A stretch of 64,000 nucleotides of DNA from Trichodelitschia bisporula (lineage: Eukaryota), in NCBI GenBank assembly GCA_010356995.1, contig ML996690.1:747420-811419 (forward strand), given 5' to 3'. Every line of letters starts with the position of its first letter. Position 1 is the stretch's first letter. A program made the translations under genes and the position numbers. Below the pieces are notes generated by a model that saw only the letters and a program-made list of their open reading frames with translations, had not been told where the DNA came from and searched no databases. Positions 48,253-61,688 of the stretch are shown here, in pieces.

Positions 48253-50509
48253 CTAAACCCCACTCCGATAAACCTGCGCCCCCCCATGCCTCAACTGCAC
48301 CGTATCCCTCCTGGTGAGAACCACAATCGCGCGATTAAGCGCCTGCTCCGAGTACCCACGTCCCGTGACAAACTCCCTTCTCAGCGTCGCCAGACTCGTA
48401 CTCCACCCAATTGGCAACCTGCGCCTCAACTCCTCTTCCACCTTCGAAACCTCATCCATAAGCTCACGACTCCCCTGCCCCTCCGCACCCTGCGCAACCG
48501 CGTCCATAGTACTCGCAAGAAACAGCCGAATCGCCTCGTCGACATGTTCCTCGCCCGCCACCGGGGAGAGGGCGAGCTTTGCGAGGGATTCGGAAATGCG
48601 GACTATGGCTTCCAATTGCCGCACGGTGATGGGGATAGAGCTGCGGGCGTTGGCGGATACTTCTGCGGCGTGTACCTGTCGTCGAATGGAAACGAAGTGG
48701 CTTGAGAGTTTCTCAGCGGCTTCGGGAGAGAGGCGGGGGGCGCATTTTCTGGTCCGCGTTAGTAAGGGGGTATGAGAGTGAGGGGGAGAGGGGACGTACT
48801 GCTTGCAGTAGCTAATATACCGCTTCATCTTGTCAACCGGAATCTCCGCCTGGACCTGCTCCTCCACGCCCCGGCCACCCATCGCAAGTCCCATCACGTG
48901 CTTTGCAATCCGCTCATCCCGTCCACGATCATGCTCATCCCTGACAATGAAAATCATATCGAAACGCGACAAGATCGTAGTTTGGAAATCGATATTCTCG
49001 CCCGGACTCTTCAGGTCGTCGTAGCGACCGAAGATCGGATTCGCAGCGGCAAGGACGCTCGTGCGCGCGTTGAGAATCGTAGTGATACCGGCTTTGGCGA
49101 TAGAAATAGTCTGCTGCTCCATGGCCTCGTGGATGGCGACGCGGTCCTCGTCGCGCATCTTATCGAACTCGTCAATGCAGACTACGCCCCCATCTGCCAG
49201 GACCATGGCTCCACCTTCAAGGTAGAACTCGCGCGTGTTCGCGTCGCGCTGCACCGAGGCAGTCAAACCGGCCGCCGAGGATCCCTTGCCAGACGTGTAA
49301 ATAGCAATTGGCGCCGCCTTCTCCACGAACTTGAGCAGCTGACTCTTCGCCGTCCCGGGGTCGCCGAGGAGAAGGACGTTGATATCACCACGCAGCTTCA
49401 TGCCGTCAGGGAGGATTTTCTTGCTCCCGCCCATGAGCAGGCAGGCGATCGCCTTTTTGATATCCGCGTTGCCGTAGATAGACGGCGCGATGCAATTCGC
49501 GAACACTTCGTAGAGATCGGGCCGCCGTGACAGCTCGAGAAATTCCTGTTCTTCTTCCTCTGTGAACGTGGCGCTGCCCTTCATCGTATGGTCGACATCA
49601 GCGTGGATGCCGACAGCGCGGATGTACGGGTTACGCAGCGCCACTGCGTTCCCACCCCCCTTCGCACCCTTGGACTGGTAGATAGAGAACACGCCCGTGA
49701 CAGTGCATCGCGAGCCAGGCACAACGCGGTTCGTCAAGTAGCGGTCCGCGGAAATGAGAATGTGCCGCGGCAGCTCGCCGACGGGCACCTGGTCCGGCGC
49801 CTCCTGCAGCTTGAGCACCTGCTGGTCGATGAACTGGCACTTCTCATGGACGATGAAATACGGGTCCAGCGGGCAATTCTCGCCTGTGTCGCCGGGGCCG
49901 CGCTGGTGGCTGCACGTCCGCGGCAGGGTTATGCCCGTAAACCCGCCCGTCACGGGGAGCGTGTTCTGGTGACCGCAGTTACGGCATTGCAGGGAGAGGG
50001 AGGTAGCTTTGGAGGAGAGAGTGGAGGCGCCGATTACGATGCCCGGGATGCGCACGAGGTGGGAAATGTTTTCGGAGGTTAGGTCGCGGATCGAGGTGTG
50101 TGCGGCGGAGGAGTGGAGGAGGAGTTGGTGCTCTGGGATTTGGACGTCGCGTTGGGAGGGGTAGACGATTTTTTGGGTGCAGACTTTGAGGGCGGCTTCG
50201 AACTGCGCTGTGTCAGTTGGGGTTGAAGAGGAGGGGGGCGAGACGCACGATGGGGAGGATCTCGGCCGGCTCGGTGGTGAGCTTGTGCGCGAGCTCTTCG
50301 TTGTAGGAGATGAGGTGGGCGATGTCAATGTCACAGTAGTACTGCTTGACGAGAACATTTTCGCGGATCTGGTCTCTGTATATGAAGACGCCGGCGAGTT
50401 GGAAATCGAGGACGAACTCGAGGATCTGGGCGTGGATGTCGGCGCGACTGTCGGGCTGGACGTCGGTCTGCAGACCGGTGTTGATTGAGAAGACGGATTG
50501 CCTGTCCAT
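48253..50509 (-). CDS. MCM5: DNA replication licensing factor Mcm5; 3 exons
   Basis: Motifs [29 protein letters not shown], Walker [21 protein letters not shown] and ITVRQLE. Confidence 0.97.
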
Positions 50510-50625
50510 GGTGGCGGCGATGGTGAGGAGTGGGGAATTCGACGATGGGTATCACGAGCGCGATGAGAATGGGCTTAATGTTGGTGGTGTTGGAGTCGCA
50601 GTCGCGGGTTGCGGTTGACAGGGAG

Positions 50626-50677
50626 ACGCGAAGTCGCGTTGGCGCGTCAGAGTTTGGCGCTGAGTGGGGGGACGCGT
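50626..50677. promoter_or_regulatory. Cluster of MCB-like elements (ACGCG[T/A/C]) upstream of MCM5
   Basis: ACGCGA at 50626, TCGCGT at 50634, GCGCGT at 50642 and a perfect ACGCGT at 50672; 120-170 bp upstream of the MCM5 ATG. Confidence 0.7.
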
Positions 50678-51542
50678 TGCTCATTAAGCGCCTGCTTTGG
50701 GACTAGCGTCTCTTTCATCTCTCACTCTCTCCTCACCACCACTAAAGAAGGCGGAATCACTTTCCTACTTCGGCATGATGATGGACTTTGGGTTCTTCGG
50801 GATTTTAGAGCAGGTGTCAACAGCATGATGACGGGTCTGACAACATTGTAGAGTGAGATACTGTAGCCACCATCTACGGATGTAAGTCATCACGAACCCG
50901 TCCATAGGTACTCTAACATCTCGGGCTTCCTTTTGCTCCGTCAAACACTTCAATCGGCTCCGATCCGGACATCTGATTACTTATGCCTCGCCTATCCTCG
51001 GTGCCATGATCAGCCGACTCGCAGTACCACCTGCCGCCTTACGGCTCGCCTTATGCCTTCGGGCTTGCCACTGATCACCCCGGCATCACATGTGAAAATA
51101 ACCGACGAGTCTCCTGAACGCTGTGGAGCATGTACATTTTCGTCAGTGAAGCGACTTGCATGTAGAGTAGACAAGACAGCGAAAACATCCATATGCCATT
51201 GAGCCCATCCCCTCATTCTGGCCTTCAAACAAAGAGCCGACATATCCCCCCATCTCCGCATTCCTCAAACCCGCCGAGTCCCTTGCCCCCCCGCCAGGCT
51301 GTCGCATGACCAATCACCAGCCTCCCAGCCGCCGCCCATCTGTCCCATGCCTCGGCTCTCACCAGCGTCGGGGATCAGCTTCCCCAGAAAACCCCCGCCA
51401 CCACTGCACCGCCTCTACCGAACTCAACCACCTCTAAATACTGTCGCAATCGCCGTGCCTTTGTCCTAGACCTGTTCACTTTACTCCTCCGCAACTCCTC
51501 TCCTCGTCGCGAACCTTTCCGTCTCCTCTCGCCCCCTCAAAG

Positions 51543-52686
<1,144 letters not shown>

Positions 52687-53154
52687 GTGTAGAAAATAGA
52701 GCTCGGAATCGGTATCGGCATATCTCGCACTTGTGTACTATTTGGGTCGGGGTTAGCATGTTGCCTGCTCGCTATGTAAATGTCATGTATCGCGGTTGAG
52801 CTTGTTGCCCTTACTTCACAATGCTGACTCTTCCCCTAGATGGTCCCTGTAAAGCATATTGCGCGTCCAACGGCTCCCCTCTTACCTAACTCGGTTATCG
52901 TGAAGCCTATTCCGTCATGGCAGTCTCCAACTCTGGCACCTTAGACAAGCGACCCATACTCTGGCTTCCACCTGTTCTTTCACTGAATTTGTCGTCCGGG
53001 TCCTTCGCTTCTGATACTAAACCTCGTACTCTCACTCAAGTTCATCTCTCGATACTTGACATCCATCTCTCATCCATCTGATCCATCACGAACAAGCCCA
53101 ACTTCATCCCAAACCCATCGCTTCATCAAGACAAAGCCATTTCCCGCTGGAACC

Positions 53155-56100
53155 ATGGTCATCTCATCCATGATGAGGGTCATCACCCTCCTCCTCCTCC
53201 TCGTTGTCACCACTGCAGCCCGAATGCTCGCTCTGCATAACTACTCGGAGTCGATACCCAACAACCAGACCCACCCATACTGCGAGATGCCCTATCACTC
53301 TCTCGACCTCAGCCGCATCGTAGCCATGTGCGGCATAACGAAAAACCAATGCGGGCAGTGTGTGTCCATCTGCGCCGGTGTGTCCTCCCCCCTTCCCTTT
53401 GCCCCATCCCCTCAAATCCCATCCATCAAACCATATCCCATCAAACCCATCACCACCTCCTAACTCCACATCAGTAAGCTGTCTCCCCTACTTCGTAATG
53501 GACACTTGCTACCTCCCCCCAACCTCCTTCATTCTCCCGCACCTCTCCGGTCCATCCATCCTCGAAACCCCCCGTCTCGGCTTCTACCGCGGAGTGAACA
53601 TAACCCCCATCGCCCCCGCCTACTGCCGCAAGGCCTGGACGGGTGAAATGAACGCCCCCGAAACCCTCACCGCCAACATCCAAGACGCATGGCAACTCAA
53701 GCTCTTCCGCGTCATGCTCGCCCTGCCCGAACCCAAGGATCTGCCCCCGCTGTGGCAGCCGCCGAGCAGGATGTATAAGCAGACGCAAGAGCCGAAGGGC
53801 CACCTGAAGGACGCACTCGATGCTTGGAAAAGCTGGATTGCGAAGAAGGGGAATGCTGTCCGGCGCTTCGTACGCCGCCTGCTGTACGGCCCGGGCCAAG
53901 CCGACGAGACGACAAACCTCCCCGGTGCCGAACACCCTGACCACTCGCCACTGCCCACGCCTCCGCCGGCTAAAGCCGCAGCCAAAGCCGACGCAGCCAA
54001 AGACAGCAACTGGCGCACCCGCCCCCTATTCCCTTTCCCCCTCGGCGCCCACGCGGCACCCGTCGAGCCGCCGCAGCCCCCCGCCGAGGTCAACACAGAT
54101 GAAGACGACAAAACCCCCCTCGAGCGTCCCGTCCTCCCGCTGAACTTCGGGCACGGGCCGCGGATCGATGCCATGGTGCTCGAGGCGCTGCAGCGCCTGG
54201 ACAAGCGGGTGAATAATGTTGCGACTTCGACTAGCGGTGGTGGATCCGAGGCCGAGGCCACCGGGACGCAAAAGGCTCTCCCCGTCCCGTTCGACTTCTC
54301 CGAGCGCGACCCCCCCAAGCACGGCGCGGAAGGCGGTGAGGGACTCGAGGCCGAAGCTACCAGGACGAACCCAGCGATCCCCGTCCCGTTCGACTTTTCC
54401 GAGCGCGAACCCCCCAAGCACGTCGCGGAAGGCGGTGAGCGGCATTTGCTGCATTGGCCTGGGCACCCGAAGAAGGGGTGGATGCCGAAGTTTGGAGTCC
54501 ATATTGAGAAAGACGGTGGACATGAAGACAAGCCTAGCGAGGCCAATGGAGTCGAAGCCGGAGCCACCGACGCCGGGGCTAGCGCCGTCAACGGAGTTGA
54601 AGCCGGAGCGGTCACAGTGTGCGAACAATACTGCAAGCGCCAGATGCTCGACCTCGCTACCCGCGCCGAGCGAGGCCACGGCCCGCGCGTCCCGGTGTCG
54701 GCGGATGAAGTTCTTGCCGCACTGCAGGAGCACCCCGGGCCCGAGCGCGCCCACGGCATAGCTCCCGTGGACAGCGTTGACGTCGTCGACGCTGAAGCCC
54801 ACGACATCGGTAACGCACCCCGCGGCGTCGCCCTCATCGACTTCGAAGCCACGAAAGCAAACTGGGTCTGCAACGAAGCCAACATCGCCGCCGCCGCCAC
54901 CGACGACGCAGACCACAAAGTAGACTGCGAGCGCCTCATGCCCGCCCTCGCCACGCTGCAACGACACTCAGGCAGCAGCTCCAATCCCGCGCACCTCGTA
55001 CCCCGCGGCGTCAACGTCATCGACTTCGAAGCCACGAAAGCGAACTGGGTGTGCAACGAAGCCAACATCGAAGCCGCCGCCAAGGACCCAGACCACAAAG
55101 TAGACTGCGAGCGCCTCATGCCCGCCCTTGCCGCGCTAAGAGAGCACACCGACACCAACCCCAATCCCGCGCACCTCGTACCCCGCCAATTTGGCGGGGA
55201 ACTGGACTCCTCCGGTTGGATCCCCAATGGGATGATCAATGAAGAGCACGGGGGGTTCGATTCGACGGGCTGGATTGCGCATGAGCTGGCTAGTGATAAT
55301 CCCCCGGGGCCTGATGTGTTCGGGTTGATGCCGAAGGGCAAAGGGGGAGATAGAATTAGAGAGGATATGGAGTGGGATGGGGGCGCGGCGGGACGGACGT
55401 TGAAGCTTGCCGGCGAGATCGCTAAAGCGGATGGAGAGGGGAGTAAGGAAGAGAAGGACGCAGGGAGTGTCGAGGGCGCCATTTCAGAGAGGCGGAACTG
55501 GGTGAAGCGCTCCGCAGCGGCATATGCCCCATGGGGATATGGCCCGCATGTGGGTCCCGGAATAGGGCATGGGCATGGGCATTGGCAGGGCGGGTATGCT
55601 GGAAAGGGTGATTGGGGAAAAGGCGGGTATGGTGGACAGGGTAATTGGGGTGAGGGTTATGGGGGTCATGGGGAGCACAGTGGGGAGTGGGATCACGGTG
55701 AAGGTGCTGTTCAGCCTGCCGCGCCTGCCGCTCATGAAGGCGCGCCTGCTCCTGCTCCTGCGCCTGCTCCAGAAGCCGCTCCTGCCCCTGCTCCCGCTCC
55801 TGCTCCCGTCCCCGAAGCTTCCCAACATCCCGAAGCCGCGCCTGCCCCAGCCCCCGCTCCCGAGGCACCTGAACAGCCCACCGCCCCCGCCCCGGAAGCC
55901 CCGGCACAACCTGCTCCGCCTGCGCCCGAAGTAACCGTCAACGCCGAGGCCACTGCCAATGCCGAAGCCGAAGCACTTCAGCAACCGCCACCCGAAGCAC
56001 CGCAGCAACCGCCACCAGAAGCATCCGCCAACGCTGAGGCATCTGCTAGCGCCGAAGCTCCTGCCCCGGCGCCCCCTGCGCCCGAGAAAACAGCCAACGC

Positions 56101-56539
56101 TGAAGCGGGCGCTGCTCCCGCGCCTGCGTCCGACGTTCCCGGTGCGAGCGCTAGTGCATGGGCAAGCGCAAGCGCGGGCGTGTGGGAAAGTGCGAGTGCA
56201 TCTGCCAGTGCATGTGAGTCGGTATGTGCATCTGCCAGTGCGTGGGCGTCGGCATCTGCCTCCGCCTCTGCGAGTGCACGGGCATCTGCGACGTCGACGA
56301 CGCGGGCCAGTCCCAGTTCCAGTGCCAGCGCTTCGGCGCGGAGCTCGCAGATCTGGACTGAGAGCATTGCAGCACATAGGGCGATGCCGCCTGCGAAGAC
56401 GATGGGATTTAACGGGGTGGCTATGGGGGTTCTCCTCTGTTTCTCTTTCTTTGCTCTGATGTTTGGGTATGGGCATGTCGTGTTTTCGTGGTATATTTGG
56501 TTGGGGGCGTGCTTGCTGAACGGCTTGGTTTCTTCGTAG
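53155..56539 (+). CDS. Large secreted/cell-surface repeat protein (signal peptide, Cys-rich expansin/RlpA-like N-terminal domain, internal repeats, Gly/His-, Pro/Ala- and Ser/Ala-rich tracts, hydrophobic C-terminus); 2 exons
   Basis: ATG 53155 with a hydrophobic signal peptide. Intron 53378-53474 (GTGTGT..CTAAC..CAG) joins in frame to ORF 53360..56539. Confidence 0.8.
54248..54439 (+). repeat. Intragenic 99-bp tandem duplication (EAEAT...PVPFDFSER.PPKH.AEGGE, 2 copies)
   Basis: Near-identical DNA copies start at 54248 and 54347. Confidence 0.9.
54818..55186 (+). repeat. Intragenic tandem duplication of about 180 bp (PRGV..IDFEATKANWVCNEANI...DHKVDCERLMPALA.L...NPAHLVPR, 2 copies)
   Basis: Near-identical DNA copies start at 54818 and 55001; a third PR boundary lies at 55181. 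Confidence 0.92.
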
Positions 56540-56638
56540 CGTGCTTTCTGGACTTTGGAGCCTGTTAGTGTTTGGTATACTTGATATATGTACACCCGCC
56601 TAGCGGGATAGACCTTAATAAATAATCCACACACTCTT

Positions 56639-57965
56639 TTACAACTTCCCAGTGTCCTTCCACCGTAATCCCCCATCCACAAGCTCAAACTGCCGTCCCC
56701 TCTTCCACCCAACCCACTGCTCCAACACCTCCTCTCCACCCACACCAGGCTTAAGCCCCCGCTCCACCCAACCCTTCCCCTTATCCCCGACTCCCTGCCC
56801 CTTCGCCGACCGCACCGCAACATCAGCTTCCCCCTCCACGCCCCCCGCAATCGCAAAGCCAGGCGTATCCCGCAGTGTCACCGGCGGGCGCTGATCGAAC
56901 CCGGTCTTCTCGAGCTCGCGCTGCTCAAGCACAGGCGTGCAGCACGCATCCGTCCCGTCGAACACGTCCTCCCACTCCTTACGCGTCTTGCTCTTAAACC
57001 GACGAGTAAAGAGCTCGCGGAGCGCGGGCCAGGTGCTCACATCTTCGCGCGGGCCTGGGAGGTCCTTCTCGGTCAGCCCCAGACCGCGGAGGAGTTGGGC
57101 GAAGAACTGCGGTTCGAGGGCGCCGCTGCAAGCACATTAGCCTTGTGCTCCGAAAGGGAAAAAAGGGCACATACACAGCCATATACTTCCCATCCCCCGT
57201 CTCATACGTATCATAATACGGGCTCCCTCCATCCAACATATTCGTCCCCCTCTCCCCCGCCCAAATCGGCCTCTTCATCGCCAACCTCGGCATAGTTGCC
57301 AAATACGCACTCCCATCCACCATATTCGCCTCCACGACCTGCCCCCGCCCCGTCCGCTGTCTCGCCAACAGCGCCAACAACACACCAAGGAAACACATAG
57401 CCCCACCCCCCGCAAAATCCCCCACAATATTCCCCGGCGGGTACGGCTTGTCGCCCGCCCTCCCCAACATCCCCAACACCCCACTCACAGCAATATAATT
57501 AATATCATGCCCCGCCATAAGCGCATACTTCCCATCCCGGCGAAAACCCGTCATGCGTGCCACCACCAGGCGCGGGTTTATAGCGAGCAACACCTCCTGC
57601 GGCGCCAGTCCCGCCTTCTCGAGTACGCCCGGCCGGAACGGGTCGATTACGACGTCGACGTGCGGGATGAGGGCTTTGATCAGCGCGAGCCCGGCGGCGG
57701 ACTTAATGTCGACTGCGATGCTGGTCTTGTGCCGCACGAGCTGGTCGGCGGTTTCAGGGGGTGGGGTGGCGGTGTGCGCGCCCGGCGCGGCGCGGTCGAG
57801 GCGGAGGACGCTGGCGCCGTAGTCGGCGAGGAGGAGGCCGGCGAAGGGGCCTGGGGGCATTAGCATTAACATCACAGCATTAAGTTGAGAGTGGGGAGAC
57901 GCACCGGGCGCCAGGCCGGCGAATTCGAGGACGCGGATGCCGGTGAGGGGCGGCGGAGAGGTCAT
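56639..57965 (-). CDS. CoA-transferase family III (CaiB/BaiF), alpha-methylacyl-CoA racemase-like; C-terminal GKL; 3 exons
   Basis: Motifs [67 protein letters not shown] and DACCTPVL. Confidence 0.93.
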
Positions 57966-58663
57966 GATTGCGGTAAGGTGCGAATTGTGAGGCTTAGTTA
58001 CTGTAGCTGAGGTGAGCTATATATCTACACGGCGCGGTTGCTGCGCTCGCGTTCATGCGGCCGCGCGCGCGGTGGCGGAGAAGCTGATCCGACAAGCGTG
58101 GAGGGCGTAGCCGAGGTCGGCGGGGTGAGGCGCGCGGGAGCCATGCGGCGTGCTGGTGGGGCGAGTTGTGGGGTAGCGCGGCTACCGTAGCGGCGTATGA
58201 GCCGCACGTCTCGGTGCTAGGCTGGTGTGATGGGTTCGACGATACGAGGGACTGGTTCCTGGTAGTTTAACATCGACTGAGAATTGGGGGGCTCATCCGG
58301 TTGGTCCGTGGGTTATGTGGTGTTCATGGGGCACGACATGAGGGCAATAACAGCATCACCTTGGCTGCATGTGGAGGATATAAATAGCCAGAGCTTCAAA
58401 AGCAGAAATGTCCCTCAATTGATGCGACACATATCTACCTCCTAACAACCACCCCACGCACGCTTCAATTCGCCCATAGAACAGATATGCCCAAATGCCT
58501 ACACAAGCTTACAGGCGCGCCTAGCAATCCTCATTGGTCAACATCACCAAACGCAAGGTCTAAACGCCCGATCAGAACCCGACTTTCCACCTGCAACGAT
58601 CGATAAGCCATCGCATTAGGGTATTCGGAGTGCAAACGAAAAATCTGCCGCTCTTTCTCTTAC

Positions 58664-61010
58664 TCACTGCACCTGGTTGACAATCTCGCTTGCGCGCTTG
58701 AGCGACTCCACCATCTGGAGGCACTCCTTGCGCCGCCGAACAGTGTACTCGCTCTCCTTGAGCAGGTCATCAAGCTCGCTCTGCTTGTACATCTGCTCCA
58801 GGAGCTCAGGTTGCATGGTGTCCTTGGTATGGCTGACGAGGTTGAGCATGATGGCTTTGGGCACCATGTCGATCATCGTTCGCCGCACAATGTTGAAGTA
58901 GGAAGAGATAAGGAGTTCTGTACAATTAGCTTCGGTCGCCAAGGCAAAAGGATTTACATACTGATGACCTCAACCTCTTGCGACTCCTTCTCTGACAACG
59001 TACCGGACGCCTTGAGGGTCGGCGGTGGGGCCTCCATGGCAGCCATCTTCTTCTTGTTCTTGGAAGCGAAGAAGCTACCAAAGAAGCTGCCACCAGCTTC
59101 ACCATCCAGCGACGGGCTGGAAGAACGTGGCGGTACGGCAGAAGCTGGCAGCGGCTTGCCGGTCTTGGGATCCACCTGAGTCGGACGGGCAGAGCTATGC
59201 TTCTCGTGGACGATCGCCATGGCCCTCGATCCGTTGATGAAATCCGGGTGTCCAGTATTGATGTAGCACGCTTCCATGGCAACCAGGTCCCTCACAAGCT
59301 TGTTTGTCGGATCCATCGATTTCTTAAAGAAGTTGACAACAACCGTGTGGAACTTTTCCTTCAGAGCCGGATACCTGCGGAACATGGGCTTCTGGAGAAG
59401 TTGCGAGAGGATGCGAACAAGCTCGTCGTAGACCAGGGACACGCACTTCAAGCTCGGTTCCTCGAGGCGCTTGATTTGCTGCTTGACGATGAGCTCAAAG
59501 GCCGTAGTACCCACAAAAAGGGCAGGAGAGGGGCCAGAAGAGTTGTACAGGATGGTACGGATGTCGATATCCTTGACCACATCGAACGGATCCACGGCCT
59601 TGACGCCGTTGGCGTACAGTTCGTGGTACACAAAGCTGATGCGTGCGCCGCCGGAGAGTTCGATGCTGGACAGCTCCTGGTTCTTGCCCTCCAAAAGACT
59701 CTTGTACTCGTTGGTAAATTCGGTGATCATATTCAAAATGATATTGGACGAATTCCCAAGGATCGAGTCACCGAGTTGAGCAAGCTCTGCCGAGTATTTT
59801 TGCAGCGATGACGATATCCGCGCCTTGATTTCAGGGAGCGTCTGCTTGATGTGCATCATGAGAATCTGCGAGCGTCAGCCGTTGGTCTACCAGTAATACC
59901 AAGTCTCCGAACCAGGTTCAGCTTGCGGGCCAGGTACGGCGTGCCGCAGTACGATGCCTTGTTGCGATAAGCCTTGTGGTTCTCGAAAAATTGCCGCTCA
60001 TGCTCCAGGGCGTAGGAGATGGCCTTCTTGTTCTCGATGTCCCGCTGGCCACGGTTGACGACGGGAACGTAGCCAAGCCGCAGCGGAATGATGCGGCCAG
60101 CCAGGATATCCACAACGTCGGTACCATCATCCATGAGATCGACCTTTGTGAGGACGCCGATAGTGCGCTGGCCCTCTGGGTCGACCTCGCGCGCCAGCTT
60201 CAGGCCGTCAGAGTTGGCCAAATCCGTGTTCGCAGCAGTAACGGCGAGGATGATAGCGTTAGACTTGCTGATTTGCTTCAACACCATATCCTTGATCTGA
60301 CGCTCAATGTCCCGCGGTTGGTCTCCTACGGGGACCTTGGTGAGACCAGGCAAGTCGACGAGGGTGAGGGTCAAGACGTTGGGGGAGTATATCCGCAGGT
60401 TGATAGGCGCAGGAGAGATGCCGGCGTTTCTGCCCACCTTGGATTCGGTTTCGCGCACGATTTCATCCCGAATCTTGTTGAAGTCAAAGAACTTCTGACC
60501 CGGGATATGGAGGAACTCCCCCCACTCGTTGATGTTGGCTTCCTTATCCGTAGTCTTCATATCCTCCTTGACACCATTTGTCTCGGGCCCCGCGGCCGGG
60601 CGGTTGATAAGCTGCAGCACAAGCGGGCGGCGAGTGACGATGCCGGTACCGCGGGGGAGGCTAATCCGATGTCAGCGTCTGCCTGGAGACGATCGCTGAT
60701 ATACGTACAAGTCGCGGCCAACAATGTTTTCCAGTACAGAGCTCTTGCCGCTGGACTGTGATCCTACAACCACAATCTGGGGGAGATCTATGGGGTTTTG
60801 AACCTACGAACATAGCTGTTAGCATCGCCATTCAGCTCACGGCGGGAGGTTCCTCCACCTACCCCGACAGTCGTAAAGACATCTTGAAGTTTGTTTACGA
60901 GGGTGATTAGGCCAGGATCATTGACGCTCATGCTAACGACGGTCAGTTCATGATGTCCTCGGGGGATACAGGATCACCTACGCCGAGGGGCTAACCTGCG
61001 CTTGCGCCAT
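58664..61010 (-). CDS. VPS1: Dynamin-like GTPase Vps1; multi-exon
   Basis: Motifs [47 protein letters not shown] and the GED domain ([11 protein letters not shown]). Confidence 0.96.
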
Positions 61011-61688
61011 CGCTGGCGACCGTTGGAGGGGAAAATCAGGTAGCGGAGTGTGCGGCTCGACAGCGAGAGTCTGGACAATGTGCGAGTATCGCACTATTTC
61101 AAAGGGAGGAATGTGGGTTGAATGCGAAGGTGAATTATGCTGATGCCTTGGCCGGTCACTTGGAATAGATCAGCGAAGCGTCCTCATCCATGCATGCGCG
61201 CTGTCGCTCTGGAATGTGGCGCAGCTGCCTAGTGTGGCTGGGCAAATGGCTGGTGCGCCCCCTGCATTTGGGGGCAGATATCGATAAGCGGGTTCTGGAT
61301 TTCGTCCCTCCCGACATAAGATGTAGCAGGTAAACGTCTGTTCGCTGCTCCAGCGATCACTCTAGGCTCCAGAATCTGTGCACAAACGGGTCGCAGGAAA
61401 CCCCTTCTCGTGTTGCATTTCCGGATTTACAGTCTCATGCAAGAGGTTCAATGAGACATGCTGTCCCAATGCAGTATTTAAATGTGACCATTTGGCATGT
61501 GATGGCAAGCATGACATGCCCGGCTGACCTCACAAGCTTTCGAACTGGATTCGTAGAATCAATTCACGGATATCATGAGCATACATATACAGTAACCCTC
61601 AGTTTGCCAAGTTGTCCTGACGACTTTCGGCTACGAATGCGCTACCAGCTTCAAGAAAGAAGTGCTACAAAATGCCAAGGGACTTCCA

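Noticed and set aside
53620..55482. 620-aa antisense ORF (and similar ones at 38369..39151, 43708..44595, 15561..16406, 59976..60761)
   Set aside because: These shadow real genes. They are Ser/Ala/Pro/Arg-rich with no motifs and are explained by high GC and biased codon usage.
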